Positions 19,601 to 28,831 of a DNA stretch of 64,000 nt are shown in pieces. Source of the DNA: a virus (taxonomy: Duplodnaviria > Caudoviricetes); IMG/VR virus record IMGVR_UViG_2823732373_000001, positions 1-64,000 of that record; one strand, given 5' to 3'. Under the pieces are notes generated by a model. The model did no database searches. It was not told the DNA's origin and saw only the letters and a program-made list of their open reading frames with translations. Position 1 is the first letter of the stretch. Every line of letters begins with the position of its first letter. The position numbers were made by a program, and so were the translations under genes.

Positions 19601-20337
19601 GGGAAGCCAATCGCTCCAGGAACGTTGATCGACGATCCAAGGCCGAGGACACTGGTGATGTCGCCGCCGTCCGACTTCTTGATGTTGACGATCTGCGGGT
19701 TGTAGAACTGCCCGTCTGCGCCGGTGTTCACCAGGGCGGCGTAGATGGTCTCGCTCGACGTGCCGTCGACCCCCTGCGGAATGGAAAACGACTTGACTTC
19801 GAAGGGATAGGTGATGTCGCGCGGAATGCCGTATTCGAGCTGATATGCCGGATGCTGGGCCGAGCCATAGTCGTTGAGCTGCAGGCTCTCGCCATCGATC
19901 AAAACGTCGTCGACAGCTTCGCACTCGTGGGAGGCCAGCACCAGGACGATGTGCTTGTACTGCGCCTTGTCGCCGCTGGTGAGAACGGCCTTGACGGAGC
20001 CTCCGATCGGAGCTGGCTGCCCGTAGATCACCGTCCACGGGTCATCGCCGGCAATGATCGTGGTGGTCCGATCCTGTAGGTTGGCGACGTCCTGTTGGAA
20101 CTTGCGCTCTGCCGCGCGGCGCGCCTGCTTCTTGGCTTGCATCGAGCCGTAGACGCTCGAGGCGACAGAGGCGACAGTGACGATCGCGCTGATGACCGCG
20201 CCGTACGAGACGGCTACACCAGCGGCGGTGGTGAAGGCGGTCGACGCCAGGAAAGCAGTGATTGGCTCGGCGCTTGCGCTCGCGCACAGCGTGGCCAGCG
20301 CCGCGAAAACCAGCGCACCGCGAATCAGACGCGCCAT
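13603..20337 (-). CDS. Tail tip / host-specificity protein (gpJ-like) with long repetitive coiled coil
   Basis: VIYG, VKGKRCYDPR, NPAICLADFL; FN3-like region; E..AR..AD.AE repeats; DUF1983-like FAI/PFIV/MFIDG. Confidence 0.9.
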   Translation of the reverse strand: MARLIRGALVFAALATLCASASAEPITAFLASTAFTTAAGVAVSYGAVISAIVTVASVASSVYGSMQAKKQARRAAERKFQQDVANLQDRTTTIIAGDDPWTVIYGQPAPIGGSVKAVLTSGDKAQYKHIVLVLASHECEAVDDVLIDGESLQLNDYGSAQHPAYQLEYGIPRDITYPFEVKSFSIPQGVDGTSSETIYAALVNTGADGQFYNPQIVNIKKSDGGDITSVLGLGSSINVPGAIGFPGFVLMGDQSHLGLTGNVTIRVDGGGSAVHVSEHLARGGVDFADPFIMGSQPTLWTANHKLTGFTYLVITINLLLERFQSGMPTFTAKVKGKRCYDPRTGAVAFTRNPAICLADFLRSEAGYMALPEQVDQNSLIAAANACDQVVYGSEAWSDGPTYGNDARLYTCDGIFRTDQDRDTTRQQIEDAMAGYSLESGGVWRILAGAWTTPVMALTDTDLLGPVVVAQTCNPGTQRYNGARGSYVNQARHGVTEDYAPYQNPVFRAADAKDKFLDLALTFTGSHARTHQIARTLVEQSRGGFVLQINPKMSAWHLQPGDRITLSSALYGFTNKPFRIQEWTYSTTSPLAFQIIEDEPSFYDTADEVRADPAPNTNLPSPFLVPDAPFDVSVRSGADEIVVQGGTAVVRVHVTWGLSNSAAVRMGGTVRVQWRTVVPVGEWQTTDLPGDAVEAYILGLGVRTEYQVRVRFQTPYVSSNWVTVEHTVTGKGERPEDVSGLSLAITPTGIVASWDQPVGLDLLDWSTTSIRVGATWELANEVFSGKATSAPLGWLQAGTVRVWASHSSTSNEWSVPVSASIDILPPAQPVVTGMVWRNEAELAWQDCRTTQPLSFYLVSRGPILAESVEVARPTDRQLTRTEAPGTYLYWVRAVDAGGNTSAPGYVQLTVLPSIDEALEELEQGLNEQVEELKQVDQATGQAIAKEVQDRVAALAAESQARITAINTEASTRSAALVSEAQTRTQQITQVTNSITAEATARAAADLVETNARIAAVSQEVTDRQAAVTAEATTRAAAITAEQNARATALLAETNNRNAAITAEATTRQQADTSLSTQITTLNASLGVTNAALQTEATTRATADAAEVTARQQLATQLQAADATLTAAIGNEATARSTADAAEARTRESLTAALVGTKDVAADLSYVDGPSLTASFTDPSYRVWEPLSLNQLGSGLIAQERQARISAVAAEVSARETLQAQMTGGYTGSDLSQVVSGLLYQERTARATNDEALAQQITLISAGVGEQFDPAKIWYFDSGLEAWTGNGAPTATAGWLRPANHATDPYAVSPVGVAVNGSTYSQVRLRIRKVGAPAWAGTIFWREAADAGFAAGRSAALTEPTYDGAGIGMVTVNPGWLVSVDQIRIDLSAAQTATDYFEIDWLAIGRPSPGASNAALSAEVAARANADSAEITARENLATQLRGTYAGGDIASLTSGLLASERNARVSADAAEVTARQQLAATVVTNKTTSDAALQTEATTRANADAAEVTARQALAATVANNQATLNAALTAEQTARANADTAEVTARETFQTQMRGNYTGTDVAAVTSGLIYSERQARITADNAEITARTALAATVTNNKNASDAALVNEQTLRATADTANANAITALQATVTNNATTGAAALQNEATARATADDAEAIQRQGLSVALTGVPDTSGSLDTVVGLSLALNFVSKQFKVWEKPTGPTLASGLIYEERQARITADTVEVTARQALEAVVNANKAQASAALTAEQTARATADSAEVTARETFQTQMRGTYTGTDIASVTSGLLFNERQARITADAAEVTARQQLAATVAGNKTVTDAAMATEQTARANADAAEVTARQTLSSKILGVADPANASLANLTSGILFEERQARTTADSAEVAARQQLAATVTSNHTTLNAAITDERTARATADTANADAINSVSATVDGHTTSITTTAQALTALDGKVKATWKLTLDTNGKITGLLLDSNGQTSNFVALVDRFAIAQPGENGETKYPFIVGSIGGVSSIGVNGNMFIDGSIKARSLDVEQLTATISKLNYITAGQININGNMAGDNWGYVRSANKWLDEQWGWILAQHPDGSMFVNFNIAGCGLTMHHAATQFGRFRLWGPGFVLDHTGLTIDQVNVIGTLNVRGRSITVPTARSESGPTAGINHDVPNNNNAWVTTYITASTFIPPGAGGGGGGFLVISVDGVNRWIGGGVPGSTVTGSVVVDLAPGGHSITAVGTLLGSNTSIFALSCQR

Positions 20338-20741
20338 GCTGCGACTCCTTGGTCAAGTGCGAGGAACTCGAGCTGCTCGTTCCCTGGGCACACGATGTGC
20401 GAGCCCGTGCAGATGCCGAAGCTGTAGCCGGACACTCGACCGATCCTCCCGCCGCTCAGCGCCAACACGACGTCGCCGCGCTGTGCCATCAGCCCGGGCA
20501 AGAAGGGGCCGAGGCGCTGCGACGCTGCCGCGATGAAGCCGCCGGCCCGCCGGATGATTCGCAGGGACGCCAGCAGACTCTTTCGGCCAAGTGCTGAGGA
20601 TTCAGCGCGCAGATCGGCAAGCGGATCTTTGCCCGTCTTCTCTATCACCCAGTCAGCGGCTATATGCACGCAGTCGTGGCTGAAGTACTCAAACTGCTCG
20701 CTGCGGCGGGCTTGGATGAAGGAATCGAGGTCCGCTTTCAT
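20325..20741 (-). CDS. Tail assembly NlpC/P60-like protein (DUF6950-like)
   Basis: FEYFSHDC, TGKDP, AQRGDVV, AAWRV motifs. Confidence 0.75.
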   Translation of the reverse strand: MKADLDSFIQARRSEQFEYFSHDCVHIAADWVIEKTGKDPLADLRAESSALGRKSLLASLRIIRRAGGFIAAASQRLGPFLPGLMAQRGDVVLALSGGRIGRVSGYSFGICTGSHIVCPGNEQLEFLALDQGVAAWRV

Positions 20742-21364
20742 CGACCTTGCGCTGCCTTCACGGTTGCGGTGTGTTGCAGGTTGGCCTGCAGCCACTTGCT
20801 GATCCAGATCGCGGGATTGCCGATGATCGAAGTGAGGTACTCAAAGCCGCGCTCCCCCGGATGGCGTGCGATGTGTTGAGCGTGGTTCATTCGCAGGCCT
20901 GCGGGGTTCGCGCGCATGTCGTACGAGGCAGTCCGGCACTCCATCTGCACGGTGGCGGATGTACCGTCACGATCGATGCGCAGCTGATCCATCACACCGG
21001 CAAAGCGCAGAACCGGAGCCCCGCTGATCTGCAGCGTCTGAGCATTGAGCAGTGCGACCCAGACGCGCACCGGGCGGTCCTGATAGTCAGCGGGGTCTCC
21101 AAGCGCCAGCGCGCGGGTGCCGATGTCCACGGCGGACAGGCCGAGAGTCAGCTTTTCGGCGCCGCCGTCCTCGCTTTCGTGCAAGTCGCTGATGGAACCG
21201 AGGTTGCCCATGCCCTGCCAGGTCTGACCCATGACATCCACGGTCATCGGCCAGTTCGTGTAGCGGACCGTGCCGAAACGAAGCTGAAGCTCGACAAGCG
21301 CGAGCTGACCATAGGAGTCGGCTCCTGCTGCGGCGTGGAAGCCTGAGTTTGTTGGGAGGGACAT
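20738..21364 (-). CDS. Minor tail (hub) protein
   Basis: WQGMGNLGSI, FAGVMD, HPGERGFEY; synteny. Confidence 0.75.
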   Translation of the reverse strand: MSLPTNSGFHAAAGADSYGQLALVELQLRFGTVRYTNWPMTVDVMGQTWQGMGNLGSISDLHESEDGGAEKLTLGLSAVDIGTRALALGDPADYQDRPVRVWVALLNAQTLQISGAPVLRFAGVMDQLRIDRDGTSATVQMECRTASYDMRANPAGLRMNHAQHIARHPGERGFEYLTSIIGNPAIWISKWLQANLQHTATVKAAQGR

Positions 21365-21437
21365 TTCCAGCTCTGCGGTTTGGGGTCCGCGGATACTGGA
21401 TGGCGCTCTCAGGGGAGGAAATCCCCCACCATATGGA

Positions 21438-22061
21438 TCAAAACCAGTGCTCCATGAGCTCGAGGCTGAAGCCCCCCTGCACTGCGCCCTCACTCGCCCA
21501 ACTGCCCGACTGCTCGTTGCGTCGCATCAGGCACGTCGGCCGGTCCCAGACCACTGCGCTGCCCGCTGATACAGCCACGCGCAGCACCGGCTCGAAGCTG
21601 ACCGTGATCATTCCGTTCGCAGTGACGACTGCATCCTGCTGAACATGCAAGAGTTGGCGGTTGGAGCTGCCCTGGTTGACGCCGATCCAGTCACCGAGCC
21701 GAAGCGTCCGCCCCACTTGCCCCGTACCCGCAAGGATCTGGACTGTTCCCGCGCCTGCGGCGGTCGCCACAGCTGCGGTGAGGTTGCCTCGAAGGGTGCC
21801 CCGCGGCTGCGAGTTCAGCAGGTCCGAAACCGCGAGAAAGTTGACGCGCCCCTTCATCGAAAGGACAAGGGCGCGCCATGCCGCAGCCTGATCGAGGTCG
21901 AGCAGTTCGTTCGACACCAAGCTGCAGGTCCATCGCGGCGGGCCGTTCACTGCGACCTGTGACGACCCCGAGTCGCCTCCAGAGAACTCAAGGTCGAAGT
22001 TCTGGTGCCCAAATTGCTGCCTCTTCCAGAGGATGTTCGTCGGTAGTGTGATGATGGTCAT
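21438..22061 (-). CDS. Distal tail protein
   Basis: Directly after tape measure; PRW, GDWI, FEPVLR motifs. Confidence 0.75.
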   Translation of the reverse strand: MTIITLPTNILWKRQQFGHQNFDLEFSGGDSGSSQVAVNGPPRWTCSLVSNELLDLDQAAAWRALVLSMKGRVNFLAVSDLLNSQPRGTLRGNLTAAVATAAGAGTVQILAGTGQVGRTLRLGDWIGVNQGSSNRQLLHVQQDAVVTANGMITVSFEPVLRVAVSAGSAVVWDRPTCLMRRNEQSGSWASEGAVQGGFSLELMEHWF

Positions 22062-25000
22062 GCCGGCAGCACCTTCAGGCGCTTTAGTTGTTCGGTGTAC
22101 TGGCGCTGGTTCTCGGTAACGACGCGCTGGACGTCCTGGATCACAGCGGCGCGATCGCTCCGCGAGTCAACCTGGATGGAGGTCTGCGGCGAGAACACAA
22201 TCGACGGACCGGCAGCGGCGGACACGCGGCCTGCCGGATTGCTGGTCATCGAAGGGCCGGCCGTGAGCGGCACGAAGCCGCCCTCGGCGTACTGGTTGAG
22301 GCTATTCAGGAAGCCGAGGCCCAGCTTGCTGGTCGACTCCTTGTTGATTACGAACTCGCCGCCGTGCACAACGCCCTTCGGCGCGTACTTCCCGCCCACA
22401 CCGGTGAAACCTCCCCCATCGAAGGGCGGTAGGAGGCTCGCGATGTTTGCAACACCTGCGCCGTAGCCGCCGATCGCCGAAGCGGCGGCCGCGCCAGTGC
22501 CAATACCAATCGTCGAGGTGATGCTGGAACCGCCCCCAAAGAACCCGGCCACAAGGCTGCCAATGGTTCCAAGGCTGCCAAGGAGCCCGCCCCCGCCCGA
22601 ATTGGAGCCACCACCGCCGGCGGCGCTCCTCAGGGAGTTCATCAGATCTCGCGCAAGTCCCTTGACCGCATCTCCCACGAAGGCGTCATAGAAGGCATCA
22701 ACCAGTGCACCCATCACCGTCTTCTGCAAGGTCTTGCCGAAGTTGGTCAGAGCGGTCGCGTCCCCGGTCAGACCTGCCGTCAAGGCGTCCTTGATCGACC
22801 CCTCCATCGTGCTGGCAAGCCGCTTGGCGGTGTCCTGCCATTTCTTACCGTCGAACTCGTCCCCAAGCGCGCCGCGCAACTGGCCACTTGAGGCGTCGAA
22901 GAACAAGCGGCCTCCGGCGATCTGGTCTTCCAGCTTGGCACGCAGCGGTGCCGTTCCCGGGCTGTCGAACGCCCCGGCGGCGATCTGCTCACGCAGCAGT
23001 CGCTCCTTGTCAGCCAGCTTTCGCTCCTGTTCGCCAAGGATCCGCAGCGTCTCGGTCTGGATGAATAGCTCGCGCTCGCTGAGCTCGATGCCCGAGCCCT
23101 TCACCCGTGCCTTTTCGATCTCCTGACGAATGCGCTCCTGCGCGATCGCGCCCTCCTTCTCCTCGTTCTTCAGCGTCTCGCTGGTCGGCTTAACGAGATC
23201 GGTCAGCGCCTTGGCACGAGCAATGGCCTGGTCAGCAAGGAGTTTGGAGACCTGCAGGTCCGCCTTCTGCAGGTCCTGCTCCGAGGATGTGATGTCGTTC
23301 TTCAGCGCGTCGCCGGTGTCGGGGAGCCCGGCCTTCGATCGCGCCGCAGCCTTCGCGCGGAGGTCCGACAGGCCCTGTGCAACGACGTCCCGCTCAGCCT
23401 GAGCAACCTTCAGGCGGGCTGCGGACTGCTCGCCCTGAATCGCAGTCATCTGGGCCTGGTAGCTCTTGAAGTCGGTGAGCCCGCGGTCATAGCTGGTCTC
23501 CAGCGCGGAGAGCCGCACGCGAGTGGACTCGTCCACAGCGTCTGCCTCTAGCCGCTGGCCGGCCAACTTCAAATCGAGCGCCTTCTTCTCGTTCTTGTAG
23601 TCCTCGTTGGCAGCTCGGCGCGCAGCCGCATCGGCGCCACGGTCCGCGCCGGATTTGTAGTCGCGCGTACCAGTAGCAAGGCTGGCCTGGATTGCCCGCG
23701 CGTGCTGGGACGCCTGATCGACCTGAAGCTGCCGCTGGCGCTTCTGCTCCTGCTCGGTCGCGTACTCGAGGCCAATGGACTTGGTCGCCTTCTGGCGCAC
23801 CATCTCAAGGTTCTGGGTGGCCTCGTCGTAACGCTTGACTTGACCGTCCAGGTTGTTGAAGCCCTTTTGCACGAAGCCGGGTTGTCCGCGCGCGGCGGAG
23901 AGGCGCGAGCGCGCATCGACGATGTCGAAGGCTCCCCAGTCCTTGTCGTACTTGGCGCGGGCGTCGGAGTAGTTGCTCTTGGCCGAGTTGTCGCCAGCTT
24001 TGTCCACACTCTGCAGGCCGAGCTGCTTCGCAAGCTCGTTGTTGCTCTTCACCAGAGTGACGTAGTAGGACTCTTGCTTCTTGATGATCGTGTCGATGTT
24101 CGCCGCTGCCGTGTCGTAGGTCCCTTTGTTCGTCAGGGCGCCGTACAGCACATACAGCGCAGTGCCCGCGGCTGCCACCGTCAGGCCCACCGCGCCGAAG
24201 CGAGCGAGAGTGCCAAGCAGGGTCGCCGCCCCCCCTGCGGCGCCGCCGGCGGCCATTCCGATAGTTCCCAGCGCGGTAGCTGCTTGGGTCGCGATCGGGA
24301 AGATCTTGCCGACCACACTCAGCACCGGGCCGGCGGTGGCGCCCAGCGACAGGATGCCTGCCGCGTAGCCCGCTGGGCCAGTCAGAAGGTCGATGGCCTT
24401 GACGGCGATGGTGACCAGCGATGTGAACCCCTGCACCAAAGTCGAGACAGCGCCGATGAACTCCGGCGATGCAACGACATCCTTGAGTTCCTGCAGCGCC
24501 CCGCGCAGTTGGGCGGACCCCGCAGCACCCGCCTCGGCGAGCGACGAGTCAAGGGTCGCGCGCAGCCGCTTGAGGTCGCCCTCGACGCTGTCCATGAGCT
24601 CCTCGTTGGCCTTCGTGACGAACCCCTTGGAATCGCCGAGCTTCTGCTTGATCTCAGCCAGGTCCTGGTCGGTCGTGCCAAGCAGGGCCGCCAGCAGTTT
24701 CTCGCCGCGGTTGTTGGTCAGGTCAGCGATCAGTTGCTTTTGCGCCTTGGGCGCGAAGTCGGCCAGCTTCGCACGCAGCTCGGGGAGGATCTGCGCGAAG
24801 AGGTCCTTGGTTTGCCCGGTGTTCGTGTCGAAGGCATCGAACTTGATGGAGTCCGCTGCCTTTTTTGCACGGCCGTGCGGGTTCGCAAGGTCGCGCATCA
24901 TGTTCGTCAGCGACGTACCAGCCGCCGAGCCGACGATGTTGCGCTTCGCAAGCACGACCATGGCCGTGGAGGCGTCCTCGATGCTGAGGTGGAACTGCTC

Positions 25001-26662
25001 GGCCACCGTCGATGCCTGCTTCATCGACTCGGCCATGCGGTCGACACTGGTGTTGGAGATCGCGCCTGCCTTGGCCAGCACGTCACCTACACGTTCCATG
25101 TCCGAAAGCTCAAGGCCGAAGGCGTGTACAGCGCCAGTCAGCGTCTCGGTCGCGTTGGCCACGCCGAGTTCGCCCACTGTTGCAACCTTCAGCACGGTGG
25201 GCAGGGCCGTGAGCGCCTCGCGCGCATCAAGACCGCTCTGCGCCAGCAACCGCATGCCCTTGGCGGCCTCGAGCGGGTCGTAGCCGGCATTCGCCGCGGT
25301 TGCGCCCAGTTGGCCCCGCACCGACGCCTCGGACATTCCCATGCCCCCCTCTTCGAGAGCCTTCACGAACTTGATCTGGTACTCCAGATCCTTGTAGTCC
25401 TTGATGGCCTCCTTCACAGACGACGCTGCCAGGAAGGCCGTGGTGAGAGGAATCAGGGATCCGTAGGTGAGGAACAGTGCGTTCGCCGCGCCGGCGACAC
25501 CACGCATTGCGGAGTGCACTTCGCGCTGGTTGGCCGCGAGCAGCTTGGACTCGGCCGCCAGCTGCGCAGCCGAGCCACGCGCTGCCAGCTGCTTGGCATT
25601 GAGCTGGTCGTGGGCGTCGCGAAGGCGGCCGAGGTCCGCGCTCGCGGCCACGGCCGCAGCGCCGTAGCGCCGCACTGCCTCCTCTGAGCCCATCCCGCCG
25701 TCCAGCGCATTCGAGACGATCGTTGCGCGCCGCAGTTGGGTGACCCGACTGGCAGCCTGAAACCGCGCGTCTTGGTCGGTGCCGCGATTGCGCGCTGACT
25801 CGACGGCAGCGCGCTGGGCTTGCTCCGACTTCATCATGCGTGTTCGGAACGCGTAGGTACGATTGGCGTCGACCTGCTCCTGCGCGGCGGAGCGGCGCTG
25901 CTCGGCCTGGCTGCTGCGGTAGTAGTTCTGTCCCAGCTGGTATGTGCGATTGGCGTCGGCCTGCTCCGCGCGCGCGGCAGTGCGCTGTTCGGTCGCGAGG
26001 GAGCGGGCGTAGCTGACGCGGCTGCGGTAGGTCTCGTTGGATTGCTTTTGCGCTTGGGCAAGGTCTGCCGCCTGCGCCTTCGCTCCGTCGCTGGACGCCT
26101 TGTCAATCGACTTCTGCCAGGCCAGGCGACTACGGTAGGTGTCGTTCGCGACCTTTTGCGCCTCGCGCATTGCAGCCTGCTCGACTTGGATCTGGGAGGT
26201 CATGCGCGCGCCGGTCGCGCTCATCACGCGCGACGTCTCGGCCAGCACATCTTGGATCGAATCCAGACCCTTGCCGCTCACAGCACCGCTGAGTCCATTC
26301 GCAAAGGACAGGCGCGGTGCGGAGATTCGGATCTTCGCCTTCGACACCTCCTCTTCCACGCTCACGGCAAACTGCTTGCCGATCGCATTGCCGGCGACCT
26401 TGGCTTTACCGGTGGCCTCCTTGCCCGCGCGATCCACAGCACTCGTGACGCCCGTCACGAACTTCTGCATGTCGCTCGAGGTCGACGACGCAAGGGTCTT
26501 CAGCGTGGTGATGAGGCCGCGCGTCTCCTTGTTCAGGCGGTCAAGGTTCGCTTCGTCCAGCCGATCGACCGCGGCCCGCAGCTGCTTCAGCGCGTCGAGG
26601 GCGGGCTTCGCTGCTTCCTGCAGCGGCCCGCCATCCAGTCCAATCTTGATGTCGTCGCTCAT
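22058..26662 (-). CDS. Tape measure protein
   Basis: 1534 aa, Ala-rich; LAQSGL, GS.AGTSL; C-terminal GGFTG...GVVHGGEFV. Confidence 0.95.
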   Translation of the reverse strand: MSDDIKIGLDGGPLQEAAKPALDALKQLRAAVDRLDEANLDRLNKETRGLITTLKTLASSTSSDMQKFVTGVTSAVDRAGKEATGKAKVAGNAIGKQFAVSVEEEVSKAKIRISAPRLSFANGLSGAVSGKGLDSIQDVLAETSRVMSATGARMTSQIQVEQAAMREAQKVANDTYRSRLAWQKSIDKASSDGAKAQAADLAQAQKQSNETYRSRVSYARSLATEQRTAARAEQADANRTYQLGQNYYRSSQAEQRRSAAQEQVDANRTYAFRTRMMKSEQAQRAAVESARNRGTDQDARFQAASRVTQLRRATIVSNALDGGMGSEEAVRRYGAAAVAASADLGRLRDAHDQLNAKQLAARGSAAQLAAESKLLAANQREVHSAMRGVAGAANALFLTYGSLIPLTTAFLAASSVKEAIKDYKDLEYQIKFVKALEEGGMGMSEASVRGQLGATAANAGYDPLEAAKGMRLLAQSGLDAREALTALPTVLKVATVGELGVANATETLTGAVHAFGLELSDMERVGDVLAKAGAISNTSVDRMAESMKQASTVAEQFHLSIEDASTAMVVLAKRNIVGSAAGTSLTNMMRDLANPHGRAKKAADSIKFDAFDTNTGQTKDLFAQILPELRAKLADFAPKAQKQLIADLTNNRGEKLLAALLGTTDQDLAEIKQKLGDSKGFVTKANEELMDSVEGDLKRLRATLDSSLAEAGAAGSAQLRGALQELKDVVASPEFIGAVSTLVQGFTSLVTIAVKAIDLLTGPAGYAAGILSLGATAGPVLSVVGKIFPIATQAATALGTIGMAAGGAAGGAATLLGTLARFGAVGLTVAAAGTALYVLYGALTNKGTYDTAAANIDTIIKKQESYYVTLVKSNNELAKQLGLQSVDKAGDNSAKSNYSDARAKYDKDWGAFDIVDARSRLSAARGQPGFVQKGFNNLDGQVKRYDEATQNLEMVRQKATKSIGLEYATEQEQKRQRQLQVDQASQHARAIQASLATGTRDYKSGADRGADAAARRAANEDYKNEKKALDLKLAGQRLEADAVDESTRVRLSALETSYDRGLTDFKSYQAQMTAIQGEQSAARLKVAQAERDVVAQGLSDLRAKAAARSKAGLPDTGDALKNDITSSEQDLQKADLQVSKLLADQAIARAKALTDLVKPTSETLKNEEKEGAIAQERIRQEIEKARVKGSGIELSERELFIQTETLRILGEQERKLADKERLLREQIAAGAFDSPGTAPLRAKLEDQIAGGRLFFDASSGQLRGALGDEFDGKKWQDTAKRLASTMEGSIKDALTAGLTGDATALTNFGKTLQKTVMGALVDAFYDAFVGDAVKGLARDLMNSLRSAAGGGGSNSGGGGLLGSLGTIGSLVAGFFGGGSSITSTIGIGTGAAAASAIGGYGAGVANIASLLPPFDGGGFTGVGGKYAPKGVVHGGEFVINKESTSKLGLGFLNSLNQYAEGGFVPLTAGPSMTSNPAGRVSAAAGPSIVFSPQTSIQVDSRSDRAAVIQDVQRVVTENQRQYTEQLKRLKVLPA

Positions 26663-26670
26663 CGCGTCGG

Positions 26671-27054
26671 TCAGCTCTTGTTGTTGTTCTTGCTGCCCTT
26701 GCCGGGCGAGCTGCTCGAGGGGTTCTTGTCAGCCCAATGGCCGAGGTACACCTGGTCAAGCAGTTGAATCAGGCGCAGATACTTGGACCTGTCGGCTTGC
26801 GACGCAATCCCCTGGAACGAAACGAAAGCCCAGATCTCCGCAATGGAGATCGGGTTGGGAGCTGCAGTACCGAAAGTGCGTGCTGCGTGGAGCGAATAGA
26901 AGGCGTCCGCGAATGGGACGTCTGTGACCCTGAGCTTGGGCCGGCTGAGGAGCGCCGGAGGCTTAAAACCTGTCCTCCGCGCGCGCTCCTCAAGAACCTT
27001 GACGTGGCCGCCCCACTTGAGTTGCCACGTCAGGTGCGCGCTTAGGCGTTTCCC
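26671..27054 (-). CDS. Tail assembly chaperone gpGT-like extension via -1 frameshift
   Basis: G-GGA-AAC at 27054-27048; -1 frame open for 127 codons (…NPISIAEIWAF…IQLLDQVYL) to TGA at 26671. Confidence 0.8.
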   Translation of the reverse strand, partial: GKRLSAHLTWQLKWGGHVKVLEERARRTGFKPPALLSRPKLRVTDVPFADAFYSLHAARTFGTAAPNPISIAEIWAFVSFQGIASQADRSKYLRLIQLLDQVYLGHWADKNPSSSSPGKGSKNNNKS

Positions 27055-27437
27055 AGGTCTTTCTCGGCCTTGGCCTTGAAGGCTTCGAAGTTGTCGGCGA
27101 AGCCCGACACCTTCTTGCGGAAGTCTTTGACGGCAAGCAGCTTGCGCGCGTTCTCGATCGAGTACGGCAGCGGCTCGCCCTTGAAAGTCAGTCCTTCCCA
27201 GCCCAGCAGGATGGTGTTGGCCATCACATCGACGAACACAATCTCGGCGGCCTGCTCGTCTTCCTTGGTCGTACCGCCCAGGTCGATGCCCGAGGCCTCG
27301 AGCTTCTTGCGGAGCACATGCACGTAGTTCTCGTTGCCCGCGCGCGCGATAAGGACCCTGGCGGACTTACTCAAAGGGAACCAGGCGCCCTCGAGTTCCT
27401 TTTTCTCGTCGGTGGCAAAGTTGTCGAAGATATCCAT
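27042..27437 (-). CDS. Tail assembly chaperone gpG-like
   Basis: EGAW, ILLGWEG, YSIENARKLL; between tail tube and tape measure. Confidence 0.85.
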   Translation of the reverse strand: MDIFDNFATDEKKELEGAWFPLSKSARVLIARAGNENYVHVLRKKLEASGIDLGGTTKEDEQAAEIVFVDVMANTILLGWEGLTFKGEPLPYSIENARKLLAVKDFRKKVSGFADNFEAFKAKAEKDLGNA

Positions 27438-27521
27438 TTTGTTTTCTTTTTGCGAGAGATGAAAAAGCCCAACAGGGCTTGAGGTCCTTGGGGCAGCTCA
27501 AAGGCTGCCCCAGCGGATTGA

Positions 27522-28754
27522 TTACGGCGCTGCGAGCGCTCGGGTGATGCGGATGCCCCGCTGAGTCGCCGCGTCGTAGAAGGCGTCGAACGGTAGGTCG
27601 AGCATCACGTCTTCACTGTTGCTTCCAGGGTTCAGGCCGCCGTCTCGGAACATGACCTTGTCCAGTTCAATCAGGTAGCCGTTGCCGGCCGCGTCGCAGA
27701 AACCCACGGTGAGGCTCGTGCGAACGCCGTCGAGCCACTTCTTGTAGTAGCTGGTGTCCTGGAAGTAAACCTGCATCGAACCCGTGATCTCGAGCTCGCC
27801 CAGGCCGACGCCAGCGTTGCCGTATACGCCAACAGCTTTCTGGCCGCGCGCGTTGTTGTTCACGCTCAACGACAGGCTCTTGATGAACGATCCATTGGCA
27901 AGCAGGTTCGTGCCGTTCTCGTAGACAGTGCCTACGTCCGTCACGGCATTCATCACCTCGTTCGCCTTGGAGGGCACCGGCACGCCAGGCAGGTAGGTCG
28001 CACCGTCACGAGCATCGTGGCTCGAACCGATGAACCCGAAGGAGCCCGTGATGATGGAACCCACCTCGACGCTGAGCTCAAGGGTGTTCGGCTCCATTCC
28101 GGTGTACAGCAGGCGGGAGTTCACGTCGGTCAAGGAATGCTCGAATGAGAACGTCTTGCGCGCGGCTCCATTGACGACGATCGACTGGGCGATGGACGAA
28201 CCAGCTAGGTCAGCGGCGAGCAGGCCGGGTGCGACGATCGGTGTCGCCGGGTCCACCGCAAGGCTCGTCGCAGTCGACCCCGCACCCACCTTGAACCAGG
28301 CGTCGGCGAAGTACGCCTTGACGGTGGCACTCGCGGTCGGGCCGGGCAGCACCTTGAACCAGCTGCCCACGGTCAGCGCGCTGAAGGCCGAGCTGGCTGT
28401 CGGCGCAACAGCTGCTTTCACCGAGTTCGCCGTGGTCTGCATCGCGAAGGCGGAGCCGAGGCCTGATGCGCCGTAGTGGGCGAAGGTGCCGCCGACGATG
28501 GACTCCAGGAACGGGTCGTACTCGGCTGCCGACAGCTCGAAGTTGAATCCGCCGTCGACGTTCTGGTCGACTCGAGTACTGCCCGTCGACATGCGATTAA
28601 CGTTTACCTCGCTCGACTTGACGGTTTCCACCGTCGCCTTCATGGTGGGCTCCATCATGCGCAGGTTGACGGCGTTGCCGGCAGTCGGGACTTTGCCGCG
28701 TACGGTCTCTGGGATATAGCGCAGCTGGCCAAACGATCCAGAAGCAAAAGTCAT
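27522..28754 (-). CDS. Major tail tube protein
   Basis: LRYIPET.RG, GGFNFELS, ITGSMQVYF motifs; synteny. Confidence 0.85.
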   Translation of the reverse strand: MTFASGSFGQLRYIPETVRGKVPTAGNAVNLRMMEPTMKATVETVKSSEVNVNRMSTGSTRVDQNVDGGFNFELSAAEYDPFLESIVGGTFAHYGASGLGSAFAMQTTANSVKAAVAPTASSAFSALTVGSWFKVLPGPTASATVKAYFADAWFKVGAGSTATSLAVDPATPIVAPGLLAADLAGSSIAQSIVVNGAARKTFSFEHSLTDVNSRLLYTGMEPNTLELSVEVGSIITGSFGFIGSSHDARDGATYLPGVPVPSKANEVMNAVTDVGTVYENGTNLLANGSFIKSLSLSVNNNARGQKAVGVYGNAGVGLGELEITGSMQVYFQDTSYYKKWLDGVRTSLTVGFCDAAGNGYLIELDKVMFRDGGLNPGSNSEDVMLDLPFDAFYDAATQRGIRITRALAAP

Positions 28755-28831
28755 TGAGTGCTCCGCGAAATTCTTGTTCTTGTGCGGAGCAGACTAGGGA
28801 GGGGATTTCCAAAACGGAATCCCCCTGTGCA

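Noticed and set aside
10421-20337. Diversity-generating retroelement or invertible tail-fibre cassette
   Set aside because: No reverse transcriptase or invertase seen; repeats are in-frame protein repeats.
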